A stretch of 64,000 nucleotides of DNA from Patescibacteria group bacterium. Lineage in GTDB: Bacteria; Patescibacteriota; Minisyncoccia; Moranbacterales; UBA2206. Shown one piece after another: positions 8,821-20,890 of the stretch. The stretch is from positions 1,596 to 65,595 of the forward strand of contig JAUPKF010000003.1 in assembly GCA_030837625.1 (NCBI GenBank), in the 5' to 3' direction. A program made the translations under genes and the position numbers. Position 1 is the first letter of the stretch. Every line of letters begins with the position of its first letter. The notes beneath the pieces were generated by a model that was not told where the DNA came from, made no database searches, and saw only the letters and a list, made by a program, of their open reading frames with translations.

Positions 8821-10467
8821 GTGCTGAATCTTAAGGAAAAGATTCTGTTTTATTTCTTGGTTTCTCTATTGGTTTTTTCCGCTATCAGCTGGGCGCTCGT
8901 TTTCTATTACTCAAAAACCGAAAGCCGCCCCAACTATGGAGGAGAATATATTGAAGGAATAATCGGCCAGCCAATACGCGTCAATCCGATCTTGGCTCAA
9001 TCCAACGACGTGGACGGCGACATTTCCCAGATCATCTACAACAGCCTTTTCAAATATGACAGCCGAGGACAAATTATTCCCGACCTGGCTGAAAGCTACG
9101 AACTGGATGAAGAAAAAACCACCTACACCATTCACTTAAGAAACAACGTTCAGTGGCACGACGGCGAAAAATTCAACGCCGACGATGTCCTCTTCACCGC
9201 TAACTTGATAAGCGACCCGGCCTACAAGTCGCCTCTCCGCTCCAATTGGCAGGGAATAGAAGCGCAAAAAATCGACGACTACACACTGTCCTTTAAAGTG
9301 AGAAATCCTTACGTCGGTTTTCTAAATAACCTGACATTCGGCATTTTGCCTAAACATATCTGGGAAGGAATCCTGCCGGACAACTTCCATTTGTCCGAAC
9401 TCAATCTTGAGCCGATTGGAACGGGACCTTACAAGTACAGTTCCTTTCAAAAAGATTCCAAAGGCAACATACTCTCTTACAAAATGATTTCCAATCCCGC
9501 CTACTTCGAAGGCAAACCCTACATCTCAAAACTCACTTTCAATTTTTACATAGACGAAACTTCTGCCTTGGACGCTTACAACAGAAAGGAAATAATGGGC
9601 ATAAACAGCCTGCCTTCGCAAAAAATTTCCGACATAAAAATCCAAAAAAGCGGAAACGTTCACAAATTCGACCTGCCGAGATATTACGCCGTTTTTTTCA
9701 ACCAAACCAAGAGCGTTCCGATCGCCAGCGACGAAGTCCGCCAGGCGCTGAATCTCGCCACCAACCGCCAAGAGATCATCGAGAAGGTTCTAAACGGTAA
9801 CGGCCAGCCGGCTTTTTCCTCTTTCCTTCCTGGGATGGCCGGCTACTCGGAAGAAATTGAAACAAACAGTTTCAATTTAGATAAGGCCAACGAACTTTTG
9901 GAAACCAATAAATGGGTGAGAGGCGAAGACGGAGTAAGAGTTAAAGACGAAGTTAAATTAGAGATAAACCTTGTCACTACCGATTGGGAAGAACTCGCCC
10001 AAACGGCTGAAATCTTGAAATCGCAATGGGAAAGAGCCGGAGCGCGGATCAATGTCACCCCCTATTCCATTTCCGACATCCAACAAAACTATATTCGCCC
10101 CCGCGAATACGAAGCGTTGCTTTTTGGGCAAGTGCTGGGAGCCGATCCCGACCCGTATTCTTTCTGGCATTCCAACCAAAAAAAAGATCCCGGACTGAAC
10201 TTATCCCTTTTTGGCACCGACGACACCGACAAATTGGTTGAAGAAGGCCGCGTCGAATTTGACGCCGAGAAAAGGGCTGCTTCTTACAAAAAATTCCAAG
10301 AAGAACTCGGCAAGGAAGTTCCGGCTATTTTCATATACAGCCCGGAATACATTTATCCGGTGGCTAAAAAAGTCCAGGGCATCGACATCCAAACGCTCGT
10401 CTCGCCGTCCCGGCGCTTTTCCGATATCAACCACTGGTATATCAAAACCAAGCGAATTTGGAAATAA
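8821..10467 (+). CDS. ABC transporter substrate-binding protein, family 5 (oligopeptide/nickel-type), N-terminally membrane-anchored
   Basis: The 548-aa ORF has SBP_bac_5-like regions (…YTIHLRNNVQWHDGEKFNADDV…). A GTG start is inferred. Confidence 0.75.
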   Translation: MLNLKEKILFYFLVSLLVFSAISWALVFYYSKTESRPNYGGEYIEGIIGQPIRVNPILAQSNDVDGDISQIIYNSLFKYDSRGQIIPDLAESYELDEEKTTYTIHLRNNVQWHDGEKFNADDVLFTANLISDPAYKSPLRSNWQGIEAQKIDDYTLSFKVRNPYVGFLNNLTFGILPKHIWEGILPDNFHLSELNLEPIGTGPYKYSSFQKDSKGNILSYKMISNPAYFEGKPYISKLTFNFYIDETSALDAYNRKEIMGINSLPSQKISDIKIQKSGNVHKFDLPRYYAVFFNQTKSVPIASDEVRQALNLATNRQEIIEKVLNGNGQPAFSSFLPGMAGYSEEIETNSFNLDKANELLETNKWVRGEDGVRVKDEVKLEINLVTTDWEELAQTAEILKSQWERAGARINVTPYSISDIQQNYIRPREYEALLFGQVLGADPDPYSFWHSNQKKDPGLNLSLFGTDDTDKLVEEGRVEFDAEKRAASYKKFQEELGKEVPAIFIYSPEYIYPVAKKVQGIDIQTLVSPSRRFSDINHWYIKTKRIWK

Positions 10468-10470
10468 ATA

Positions 10471-11670
10471 TTATTTTCCCGTTCGCAATTTGAAACTAAT
10501 CACCTTGGCTCTTTCTACTTCCGGCTGATTGAAGGGATCAATATCGCGAAGAAGAGAAGCATAGAAAGCCACGTACTGCCAAAAGACCATACATTCACCA
10601 ACACTGCGTTCGGTGATTTCTTTTGTCCAAATTTCCACGGCTGGAATTTTTTCTTCCTTGGCATGCCCGATAGCGCCACCCATATCATATTTCATTGTAT
10701 CGCCCGCCAAGATTCCGTTAAGGCTTCCTACGGTTCTATCTTTAAATGGAATAGCCGCCAGATTTTTGGGAATTTTTATCGCCATGTCTCCTTTTCTATT
10801 TTCCACCCCCCAAAATAATCCAACGGCATTTTTTACGCCGCCGAAAAACCGCTGATTAGTGTGATGATGGGTTTCCGGAGAATAACCGCCATAGATTGTT
10901 TGCCCCTTCCCGTTTTTCCCGACAGATTCGTGAATAAGCTGGGTTATGAGCGGAAGCATTTCGGAAAGAGCCGTGGAATAGATAGAAGTAAAAATTTCCA
11001 CATAGCCTCGTTGTTCCAGCTCGTAAAGAGCCAGGGCTAACTTTAGCGCGGCATTTTTTTCTAATGGCGCCCGGCTGTTATATTCTTTATACCCATCACA
11101 AGCTCCAGCGTAAATTTCTTCCAAAGGCAACCCCATCAAAGCGGCTGGGAAAAGAGCACAGGCCGTCATGCCGGAAAAACGTCCGCCCACTTCCGGATGT
11201 TCAAAGACCGGCCATTTTTTGATTTCCGCCATTCGCCGAAAAGGATTGGAGTTTTTTCCGGTAACAACTAACACCGGATAATCTTTCATAAGCAAAAGCG
11301 GCTCGACCGCGTTGATGTTATCTCCGGATTTGGAGATGGCCAGCGCCAACGTATCGCGCTTGGAATATTTTTTCCGCAAGCTCCTGATAAGATCCGGCTC
11401 GGCAGAACTCAAAAATGCAAAGTTTACCTTGTTTCGAAACTCAAAAAGCGCGTTGTAAAATGCCCAGGAACTGGTGCGCGAACCGCCATTGCCGATAAGA
11501 ATTATGTTTTTGTATTTTTTATATTTTTTCGCTTCCTTTTCAATGCCGCCCAAATCCGGCTGGGTTTTTTCAAAATCCGGCGCCGGCTGGGTTTTTATTT
11601 TTTCCAACCGGCTTTTATGTTTTTCCGCGTCAAGCTTAAAAGTCAAATAGTCATAGTTCGCTTTCAACAT
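10471..11670 (-). CDS. pgi: Glucose-6-phosphate isomerase (short bifunctional PGI/PMI-type)
   Basis: The 399-aa ORF has SIS-domain motifs ...IILIGNGGSRTSSWAF... and ...LALAISKSGDNINAV.... Confidence 0.8.
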   Translation of the reverse strand: MLKANYDYLTFKLDAEKHKSRLEKIKTQPAPDFEKTQPDLGGIEKEAKKYKKYKNIILIGNGGSRTSSWAFYNALFEFRNKVNFAFLSSAEPDLIRSLRKKYSKRDTLALAISKSGDNINAVEPLLLMKDYPVLVVTGKNSNPFRRMAEIKKWPVFEHPEVGGRFSGMTACALFPAALMGLPLEEIYAGACDGYKEYNSRAPLEKNAALKLALALYELEQRGYVEIFTSIYSTALSEMLPLITQLIHESVGKNGKGQTIYGGYSPETHHHTNQRFFGGVKNAVGLFWGVENRKGDMAIKIPKNLAAIPFKDRTVGSLNGILAGDTMKYDMGGAIGHAKEEKIPAVEIWTKEITERSVGECMVFWQYVAFYASLLRDIDPFNQPEVERAKVISFKLRTGK

Positions 11671-11750
11671 ATTTTTGCGACTTAATGTTTATACCGCTAT
11701 CTTAGCACATAAAAAGATTGGATTCCAAAGACACCCTGCCGCGTCATTTT

Positions 11751-13187
11751 TCAAATTTTCTTCTTCCGCGCCACCCGCCGCCGCATCTTCATATGCCTTT
11801 TTTGCAAAACCTGAAGCAGTTTTGATTCATCCACCCGCTGATGGCGGCGGCCTTTCACTACAAACCGGCCATTGATCATCAGATCCCGCACGATCCGCCC
11901 GCCATGCGTTATCAAGTTACCTAAAAGAGTCATTGGATTTTTTTCGTCAAACGGGATAAAGCCCCGATCTTTCAGTTTCCAAAAAGCCAAGTCCGCTTTC
12001 ATCCCGGGAAGAATCTTCCCGCGATCCGGCATATTGAGCACACGGGCGCCGTTCACTGTCATCATTTTAAAGAGCGTCCCGAATTTGACAGTTCGGGAAT
12101 ACAGATGGGTGATTCTGGTTTGATAAGCTTCTGTTAGAAGATCCAACCGGCTTTTGCTCACCACTCCGTCGGTTCCGAGCGCCACGGAAGATAGTTTTTC
12201 CAAGTCGAAAAATTTCCAAAGCGGAAAAGTTCCGGATTTGTGAATTACGTTAGAAGTCGGGAGATGAACAACGCCGACCTGGTTTTCAATAAGCTTTTCG
12301 ATTTCCTTTTCATTGATATAGATAGCGTGGGAAACTACGGTACGTTCATTAAGAAGCCCATATTTCTCAAGAAGCGCCACTTCCCGCAGACCATGCCTTT
12401 CGACGCATCTTTTGGCAACGCTCTCACTCTCGGCCATATGGCAAGTGAAAAGAAGATTGTATTTCTCGGACAACTTTTTTACTTCGCGAAAAATTTTGTC
12501 ATTCCCCCGATGGACGTAGTGCAACGCCATCGCCAATTGCGATTCCCAATTGTCTTCCTTTTTTTGGATTATTTTCCTAATCAGCTCCGGAGAATTTTGC
12601 GGATGAGTGTTTGAAGCCACGCTCACGGCGTTGATTATGTTATGCTTGGTCGCCCGCGCTGCCGCCTCAATCGGCGCGTAAACGGCATAATGGCTGAGTG
12701 TCGTAGTAACGCCGCTTTTTTGCTGCTCGGTAAGATCGCCAACTGTCGCGAAAGCATAATCCTCATCGGTCATCGCCCGTTCCCACTCCGGCATTGCCGC
12801 GATCGTCTTGTCGATCGATTCCCCTTCGTCCAATGTCATGGCGCTCCGCAGAAGATACATCGGCGGATGGGAATGAGCGTTGATGAACCCCGGAGTAACC
12901 ACGATTCCGCCGCGTTTTCCGGCGTCGTAAACAATATCAAAATTCCGCCCGGTGATTTTTTTAGCAGGAGCAATCTTGACGATAATCCCGTTTTCAACAA
13001 CGATAGAATGGTTTTTACGGCAGACCAGTTTGTTTTTTTCATCGCAGGTAAAAAGAAACGGAATATTGTCAACAAGCGCCGTTTTCCCGCGCGGATTATT
13101 CATCTTAAACCGGCTGTGGCCGTCATCCTCCAAAATATTTTCCGCCCGAATTTCCTTTTTTATTTTTTCGTAAAGTTTTTTATGCAT
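11751..13187 (-). CDS. Amidohydrolase-family deaminase (MtaD/guanine-deaminase-like)
   Basis: The 478-aa ORF has the metal-binding motif ...TPGFINAHSHPPM... (HxH) and a later ...FTCHMAESE... motif. A basic tail is present. Confidence 0.7.
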   Translation of the reverse strand: MHKKLYEKIKKEIRAENILEDDGHSRFKMNNPRGKTALVDNIPFLFTCDEKNKLVCRKNHSIVVENGIIVKIAPAKKITGRNFDIVYDAGKRGGIVVTPGFINAHSHPPMYLLRSAMTLDEGESIDKTIAAMPEWERAMTDEDYAFATVGDLTEQQKSGVTTTLSHYAVYAPIEAAARATKHNIINAVSVASNTHPQNSPELIRKIIQKKEDNWESQLAMALHYVHRGNDKIFREVKKLSEKYNLLFTCHMAESESVAKRCVERHGLREVALLEKYGLLNERTVVSHAIYINEKEIEKLIENQVGVVHLPTSNVIHKSGTFPLWKFFDLEKLSSVALGTDGVVSKSRLDLLTEAYQTRITHLYSRTVKFGTLFKMMTVNGARVLNMPDRGKILPGMKADLAFWKLKDRGFIPFDEKNPMTLLGNLITHGGRIVRDLMINGRFVVKGRRHQRVDESKLLQVLQKRHMKMRRRVARKKKI

Positions 13188-13194
13188 ATCTCTG

Positions 13195-13282
13195 GTTACG
13201 AAATACGAAATTAACGAAATACGAAAGTACGAAAAGGATTGGCACGAAGGTTTCGTATTTCGTTAATTTCGTAGTTCGTAAA
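13195..13282. repeat. Hairpin of TACGAA/TTCGTA tandem units between the amidohydrolase and guaA
   Basis: Sequence is ggttacgaaatacgaaattaacgaaatacgaaagtacgaaaagg...ggtttcgtatttcgttaatttcgtagttcgtaa. Confidence 0.55.
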
Positions 13283-15103
13283 TTACTCCCACTCCACCGT
13301 TCCCGGCGGCTTATTGGTAATGTCATAAAAGACATAACCGATTTCCCCAGTCGCAACTATCTTCCCGACAATTTTATCAAGAACTTTTAAGTCCATCTCA
13401 TAAAAATTAAGCGTCATGGCGTCCCGCGAATTGATCGGGCGAAGAACAATCGACTCCCTTCCCCGCTCATCAACAATCGGAATGAGCACCACGGGAAATT
13501 GCCAGATAGCGCCGTAAATCCCGGCTGATTTGATTATGCCGTTCACAATGCCGTCAATGCGCCGCAACTTATCCACCCGGTCTTTGGAAAGATCTAGGCT
13601 GTTTTCAGAAATACTGAATTCAGGCGCGCCCGCGCCGGGATTTGCCAGCAGCAGCACTCGATTGACGGCCCGCACGCTATTTGTGGCCGCCACCGATATC
13701 TCTGAAAGTTTTTTCCAATCGCGCGCTCCCCAAACCGCCAGCGGATGGGCATACGTCCTGTTGTCCCCTTGAACTCCGACGGATTTTATCGGCAAAACTT
13801 CAAAATTTATATTCGGAAACTTTTTGCTGAATAAATCGGCCGTCAAATTCCTTGCTTCTCTTGTGCCCTCTTTCGGCAACTTGGCGTCCAAACATAAACA
13901 ACGAATCGCCAGTCCCGGACCCGGAAAAGGGTGCCGCTCCACAAGGTCTTTCGGCAGTCCCAAAAGATTGCCGAGCGAGCGCACTTCGTCTTTGTAAAAT
14001 TCTACCAGCGGTTCAACCACCAGCCCCTTCTTGACCATTTCTTGAATCGCGTCCACCCGATTGTGATGGGTTTTGATTTTGTCGGCGTGCTTGGTCGCGC
14101 CGGATTCGATCGTATCCGGGTAAATTGTCCCTTGCCCCAAAAGCCACTCATCCGGATTAAGGCCCAAATCTTCGATAAGTTTGTCTTTCACATCTAAAAA
14201 AGCGGCTCCGATGATTTTTCGTTTCTCCTCCGGCTCGTAAACGTTTTTCAACCTTTGATAAAATATTTTACTGGCGTCAATACTCCTGATATTGTCAAAA
14301 TCGACTTTCTTAAAGCCAGCCTGTATCTCTTCCGATTCTTTGGAGCGCATAAATCCGGTATCGATATAAAGCCCCCAAACCCGGTCTTTGCCTAACGCTT
14401 TCGTCAAAAGAGCAAAGGCGACGTTGGAATCCACGCCGCCGCTGCACAAAATAAAAACTTTTTTTTTGCCCGCTTGCGAGCGAATCTTTTCTTCAAGATC
14501 AGCCAAAAGATTGTCCGCTTTCCAGTTTTTTTCCGCGCCGCAAATATCCAACACGAAGTTGCTCAGCATTTTCACTCCTTCTTCGGTATGGGCCACTTCC
14601 GGATGAAATTGAAAACCGTATATTTTTTTCTTCTCGTCGGCCATGGCCGTTACCGGACAATCAGCGGTGGCGCCGATAATTTGGAAACCTTCCGGCGCTT
14701 TAGCCACCGCGTCACCGTGGCTCATCCATACTTGAGTCTTTCGAGAGACATTTTTGAATATGGCGCTTTCTCCCCGAACCGACAGTTCCGCCCAGCCAAA
14801 TTCCCGCGTCTTCCCGGGCTTCACTTCGCCGCCCAGCATCTGGCCAATAAGCTGATGGCCGTAGCAAAGGCCGAGAATCGGAACACCCATTTCAAAAATA
14901 TTTTGGTCTATTCTAATAGAGTCTTCGTCATAAACCGATTGCGGTCCGCCCGAAAGAATGATACCGATGACATTTTCCTTTTTCAGCTCCGCGGCCGCGG
15001 CGCCGTTGGAATAAATTTTCGCGAGCACGTTTTGCTCGCGAATAGTTCTGGCGATCAGATGGGTATATTGCGAACCAAAATCCAAGATGGCGATATGCTT
15101 CAT
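13283..15103 (-). CDS. guaA: GMP synthase (glutamine-hydrolysing), extended form
   Basis: The 606-aa ORF has an N-terminal class-I GATase (…LGLCYGHQL…) and an ATP-PPase SGGVDS motif (…FILCSGGVDSNVAF…). Confidence 0.95.
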   Translation of the reverse strand: MKHIAILDFGSQYTHLIARTIREQNVLAKIYSNGAAAAELKKENVIGIILSGGPQSVYDEDSIRIDQNIFEMGVPILGLCYGHQLIGQMLGGEVKPGKTREFGWAELSVRGESAIFKNVSRKTQVWMSHGDAVAKAPEGFQIIGATADCPVTAMADEKKKIYGFQFHPEVAHTEEGVKMLSNFVLDICGAEKNWKADNLLADLEEKIRSQAGKKKVFILCSGGVDSNVAFALLTKALGKDRVWGLYIDTGFMRSKESEEIQAGFKKVDFDNIRSIDASKIFYQRLKNVYEPEEKRKIIGAAFLDVKDKLIEDLGLNPDEWLLGQGTIYPDTIESGATKHADKIKTHHNRVDAIQEMVKKGLVVEPLVEFYKDEVRSLGNLLGLPKDLVERHPFPGPGLAIRCLCLDAKLPKEGTREARNLTADLFSKKFPNINFEVLPIKSVGVQGDNRTYAHPLAVWGARDWKKLSEISVAATNSVRAVNRVLLLANPGAGAPEFSISENSLDLSKDRVDKLRRIDGIVNGIIKSAGIYGAIWQFPVVLIPIVDERGRESIVLRPINSRDAMTLNFYEMDLKVLDKIVGKIVATGEIGYVFYDITNKPPGTVEWE

Positions 15104-15238
15104 AATTGAATGGTTAAATTGTTGGATTGCTAAACTGCTAAAAATAAATCGGCCATTTAGCCATTTAACAATTTAACAATTTTCACTGAAGACTTTACTA
15201 ACTCCCAACACTTCGCTAATATGTCTAATATTACTTAA

Positions 15239-16723
<1,485 letters not shown>

Positions 16724-16792
16724 CGTTGTGAACTATCCAACTATTACTTCTTGTAGTATAATCCAAGCATCTTTTATTTTTAAACCTAACTT

Positions 16793-18184
16793 ATGTACAG
16801 CGTCATACTTTGCGGCGGTTCGGGTTCGCGCCTGTGGCCGCTCAGCCGAAGAAACTATCCTAAGCAGTTTCTGAAGCTTTTTAGCGACCGCTCTCTCATT
16901 CAGGAAACCTATCTACGCATGCGCGCCCTTATGCCGGCCGACCATATATTTTTCATTACAAATTATGAGAGTTACTTCAATGTGGTCAATCAAATCAAGG
17001 AACTAGAAAACAGCTCCTTTAGCGAAAGCCGCGTGCTTATCGAACCGGAAAGCAGGAATACCGCCCCAGCCATCACTTTGGCGGTAAAATATTTGGAAGA
17101 AAAAGGCGGCGCAGAGAAGGATGATCCGATTATGTTTTTACCGTCCGACCATTACATTGCCAATCTTGAAGATTATCTGACGGTGGTAAAAAACGCCTAC
17201 CAAAACGTCGGTAGCTATTTGGGAACCATCGGTATCACTCCGACCCGGCCGGACACCGGCTATGGTTACATAAAAAAGGGAGAGGACCGAAAGAAATTCT
17301 TCACCGCCTCCGAATTTAAGGAAAAGCCTGACAAAGAAACCGCTGAAAAATATGTGAAAAGCGGCCAGTATGTTTGGAACAGCGGCAGCTATATTTTTAC
17401 GCCCGAAACTTATTGGAAAGAGCTTTCCCTCCATACTCCTGAAATTCACGAAATCGCCGGCAAAGGATTTGAAAACCTTAAGGAAAACTTTTCTTTCCTG
17501 CCTTCTATCTCAATTGATTACGCCATATCGGAAAAGTCCCAAAACATTGTCATCTTCGAGGGCGATTTCGGTTGGAGCGATATCGGTTCATTTGAAAATT
17601 TGAGCGAAATACAGGGGAAAAATAACTCCACTCGAACGGTTGAAATTGACTCGGAGAATGTTTACGCTCTCTCCGCCGGAAACAAGCTTATCGCCGCGGT
17701 AGGAGTCAAAGATCTGGTTATCGTAGAAAACACCGACAGCATCCTGGTCCACCAAAAGGGTCATGGGCAAGATGTCAAGAAAGTCGTTGATTATTTAAAA
17801 GAGAACAAAATGGCCGAAGTGGAGCACAACATCATCGTCCATCGACCTTGGGGAGAATATGAAATTATGACCAGCGACACCAATTATCAAGTAAAACGAC
17901 TGACTGTTTATCCTCAGGCAAAACTGAGCCTCCAATCTCACCGCCATCGCGCGGAGCACTGGGTAGTCGTAAAAGGCACCGCCACGATAGTTAACGGCGA
18001 CAAGGAAATAGTTCTTAAAGAAAACGAAAGTACCTATATTCCCGTCGGCCATAAGCACCGCCTTGGAAATCAAAGCGACAAAAACTTGGAAATCATCGAA
18101 GTGCAAACCGGAGATTATCTTGGCGAAGACGACATCGTCCGCTATGACGATGTCTACAACCGCGACAAAAACCCCGCTAATTAA
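16793..18184 (+). CDS. manC: Mannose-1-phosphate guanylyltransferase / mannose-6-phosphate isomerase (bifunctional, with a C-terminal cupin)
   Basis: The 463-aa ORF starts with an N-terminal NTP-transferase motif (MYSVILCGGSGSRLWPLS). It has a C-terminal cupin region (…WGEYEIM…HRHRAEHWVVV…). Confidence 0.85.
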   Translation: MYSVILCGGSGSRLWPLSRRNYPKQFLKLFSDRSLIQETYLRMRALMPADHIFFITNYESYFNVVNQIKELENSSFSESRVLIEPESRNTAPAITLAVKYLEEKGGAEKDDPIMFLPSDHYIANLEDYLTVVKNAYQNVGSYLGTIGITPTRPDTGYGYIKKGEDRKKFFTASEFKEKPDKETAEKYVKSGQYVWNSGSYIFTPETYWKELSLHTPEIHEIAGKGFENLKENFSFLPSISIDYAISEKSQNIVIFEGDFGWSDIGSFENLSEIQGKNNSTRTVEIDSENVYALSAGNKLIAAVGVKDLVIVENTDSILVHQKGHGQDVKKVVDYLKENKMAEVEHNIIVHRPWGEYEIMTSDTNYQVKRLTVYPQAKLSLQSHRHRAEHWVVVKGTATIVNGDKEIVLKENESTYIPVGHKHRLGNQSDKNLEIIEVQTGDYLGEDDIVRYDDVYNRDKNPAN

Positions 18185-18259
18185 CGGCATTTATTGCTCT
18201 ATAACGCCAAAACATCTCTCGTTTCACGTTAAGAGTTTTGCGATTTACGCCTGGTGCCC

Positions 18260-18287
18260 TTGACATATCTGTGGAAAAGAGTATAAT
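18260..18287 (+). promoter_or_regulatory. Sigma-70-like promoter (TTGACA-16-TATAAT) heading a ~300-nt leader of rnj
   Basis: The sequence cTTGACAtatctgtggaaaagagTATAATg lies in a 400-bp non-coding gap upstream of RNase J. Confidence 0.5.
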
Positions 18288-18582
18288 GCATAGTAATTCA
18301 AGCAACTTCTTCATTATGCCTCTCTTTTGAAATCTTCTTGCTTTTTAGTCTTATAAAAAATTTGCCTTTGTCTTAACAGGTGTGTTTTTGGGAAATAGAC
18401 CCAACAATTAGAAGTTCGAATCTTCTGGAAGACGCCACTTTTTATTTCAACTTCTTAGAGAGTTTTCTCTAAACTTTTTTCAACTTGAAATAAACGAGTC
18501 TTAATCAAAAAGAGATTTTTCGCCATTAACGAAAATCTTGTAATCAAGAAAGATTGCAAAGAAACAGTCTTTCAAATTATCT

Positions 18583-20337
18583 ATGTTCAAACGAACAAAC
18601 CCTGCTCCGGCGGCAGTCAAAACAATGCCGAAAATCATGGCCGCGCCTCAAACGGCTTACGGCCACACCAGAAACAACTTGCGTGTCATTCCTCTGGGGG
18701 GCCTGGAAGAAGTCGGGCGCAATATGACCATCTTTGAGTATGGCCAAGACATCATTATCGTCGATATGGGTCTGCAATTCCCCGACGAGGATATGCCGGG
18801 AATCGACTACCTCATTCCCGATGTGACGTATCTCAAGGGAAAGGAAAAAAATATCCGCGGAGTGCTGATCACTCACGGACACTACGACCACATCGGCGCC
18901 ATTCCGCATTTAATGGAAAGAATCGGCAATCCGCCGATCTATATGACGGAACTGACCCGCGGCATCGTCATGAAGCGGCAGGAAGACTACAAAGACAAAG
19001 CGCCTCTCAATATTCACACGGTCAAAAAAATCGACCGGGTGCGTTTAGGATCTTTCAGTGTGGAATTCTTCCACGTTAATCATACTATTCCCGACGCGGT
19101 AGGGATGGCGATTTCCACACCGATGGGAACCATCATCCACACGGGAGATTTCAAATTCGACCATTCTCCTGTTTCCGACGCGCCGGCCGACATCGCGAAA
19201 ATCGCCCGCTTAGGCAGCGAGAATGTTTTGGCGCTAATGAGCGACTCGACTGATTCCCGCACTCCGGGTTATTCCCTTTCGGAATCCCGCATCGCCAAAA
19301 CTTTGGATGATATTTTCGAGCGCACGGAAGGACGGCTGATTATCGCCACTTTCGCGGCTTTGATTTCGCGCATCCAATCCGTCGTTATCGCCGCTGAAAA
19401 ACACGGACGAAAATTGGCGGTGGACGGCTATTCGATGAAGACTAACGTGGAAATCGCCAGGACGCTGGGACATTTGCAAGCCAAGAAAGGAACCATTATT
19501 CCCATTTCAAAAGTCAACGAGTACCCAGACGGAAAAGTTGCCATCATCTGCACCGGAGCGCAAGGCGAGTCCAATGCGGTCCTGATGCGGATCGTCAATG
19601 GCGAGCACCGTTTTGTTAAAGTCCATAAAGACGACACTTTCGTGCTTTCTTCTTCGGTTATTCCCGGAAATGAAAGAACCGTGCAAGGCATTATGGACAC
19701 AATTTACCGGAAAGACGCCAAGGTCATCAACTACCATATGATGGACGTCCACGCCGGCGGTCACGCCCGCCAGGAGGATCTCAAAATGATGATCAATCTT
19801 ATCCGGCCGAAATATCTCATTCCGATCCACGGCAACTATTTTATGCTCAAACTCCACGGCGAGCTGGGCGTTTCCGTCGGAATGGATCCCAAAAACATCC
19901 TCATCGGCGAAAACGGCCGCGTCATTGAATTCGACTATCGAGGCAACGGCAAGGTTACTCCGGAAAAAGTGCCGCTTTCCAACGTTATGGTGGACGGCCT
20001 GGGCGTCGGCGACATCGGGCAAGTGGTTCTTCGCGACCGCCAGCTGCTGGCCAAAGACGGAATGTTCGTGATTACGGTTATTATCGATGGTAAGTCCAAG
20101 AAAATTATCGGCAAACCTCAAGTGACCAGTCGCGGCTTCATCTTTGTCAAGGAAAATTTCGATCTGGTTAACGCCACTAAAAAGAAAGTCGAAGAAGTGG
20201 TCGCCCAGAAAACTTCCCCCGACCAAGCCGTCAACTGGGATTACGTCAAAAACAACATCCGCGAAGTCGTCGGCCAGTACCTCTACCAAAAAACCGAACG
20301 TCGGCCAATGGTACTGCCGGTTGTGATTGAAGTATAG
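18583..20337 (+). CDS. rnj: Ribonuclease J (metallo-beta-lactamase/beta-CASP)
   Basis: The 584-aa ORF has ...VLITHGHYDHIGA... (HxHxDH) and beta-CASP motifs. Confidence 0.9.
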   Translation: MFKRTNPAPAAVKTMPKIMAAPQTAYGHTRNNLRVIPLGGLEEVGRNMTIFEYGQDIIIVDMGLQFPDEDMPGIDYLIPDVTYLKGKEKNIRGVLITHGHYDHIGAIPHLMERIGNPPIYMTELTRGIVMKRQEDYKDKAPLNIHTVKKIDRVRLGSFSVEFFHVNHTIPDAVGMAISTPMGTIIHTGDFKFDHSPVSDAPADIAKIARLGSENVLALMSDSTDSRTPGYSLSESRIAKTLDDIFERTEGRLIIATFAALISRIQSVVIAAEKHGRKLAVDGYSMKTNVEIARTLGHLQAKKGTIIPISKVNEYPDGKVAIICTGAQGESNAVLMRIVNGEHRFVKVHKDDTFVLSSSVIPGNERTVQGIMDTIYRKDAKVINYHMMDVHAGGHARQEDLKMMINLIRPKYLIPIHGNYFMLKLHGELGVSVGMDPKNILIGENGRVIEFDYRGNGKVTPEKVPLSNVMVDGLGVGDIGQVVLRDRQLLAKDGMFVITVIIDGKSKKIIGKPQVTSRGFIFVKENFDLVNATKKKVEEVVAQKTSPDQAVNWDYVKNNIREVVGQYLYQKTERRPMVLPVVIEV

Positions 20338-20425
20338 CTTCACGCAGCACGCAACACGCAACAAAATTTCTAAAAAACAACCCTCCAAGCGAGGGTTGTT
20401 TCATGTTTCATGTTTCATGATCTAC
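20338..20425. repeat. Bidirectional terminator region with a CATGAAA-unit hairpin between rnj and the downstream minus-strand ORF
   Basis: Sequence is cttcacgcagcacgcaacacgcaac ... ccctccaagcgagggttgtttcatgtttcatgtttcatg. The GGGTTG/CAACCC stem is followed by a T run. Confidence 0.5.
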
Positions 20426-20808
20426 TCCACCTTCCTAAAAGTAATCTTATACACCGGCTCATAGTCATTGTCGTATTGGTCTTTGACGGACACGGTTTTT
20501 CCTTCCGCCAAATTGCTCATAGCGATGTCAGTCAGCATTTGATTCAATTCCTCCGTTTTGGCTTTGAGTTTTTCTAACTCGTCCCAGCGCGCGCCCAAGC
20601 GCGACTGCGTCAGCGTTTCAATTTGTTTCTTTTTCTCGCGCAGTTCCTTGATCTTGTCCGCCGTTTCCTCATACTCATTGGCGCTCAACAGCGCGTCCTT
20701 GTATTCCCCCCGAATCTCCTTCTGCTCCTTTTTGTTCTCCAAAAGCTCGTTGTACACTTCTTGAATGTCCCGCATACCATATTTCTTAAGAATTAAAAAT
20801 GACCTCAT
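20422..20808 (-). CDS. Hypothetical coiled-coil protein (K/E-rich)
   Basis: The 128-aa ORF has no recognisable domain. Neither candidate start (20808 or 20775) has a clear SD. Confidence 0.35.
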   Translation of the reverse strand: MRSFLILKKYGMRDIQEVYNELLENKKEQKEIRGEYKDALLSANEYEETADKIKELREKKKQIETLTQSRLGARWDELEKLKAKTEELNQMLTDIAMSNLAEGKTVSVKDQYDNDYEPVYKITFRKVE

Positions 20809-20855
20809 CAGATCACAAGGGTAATTTTAACATAACTTTAAAAATTCTCCCATAC

Positions 20856-20884
20856 TTGATACATAATACATCATACATTATACT
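20856..20884 (+). promoter_or_regulatory. Candidate promoter TTGATA-17-TATACT placed 6 nt before the trpS ATG (leaderless-type arrangement)
   Basis: Sequence is cTTGATAcataatacatcatacatTATACTtaaatcATG. Confidence 0.4.
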
Positions 20885-20890
20885 TAAATC

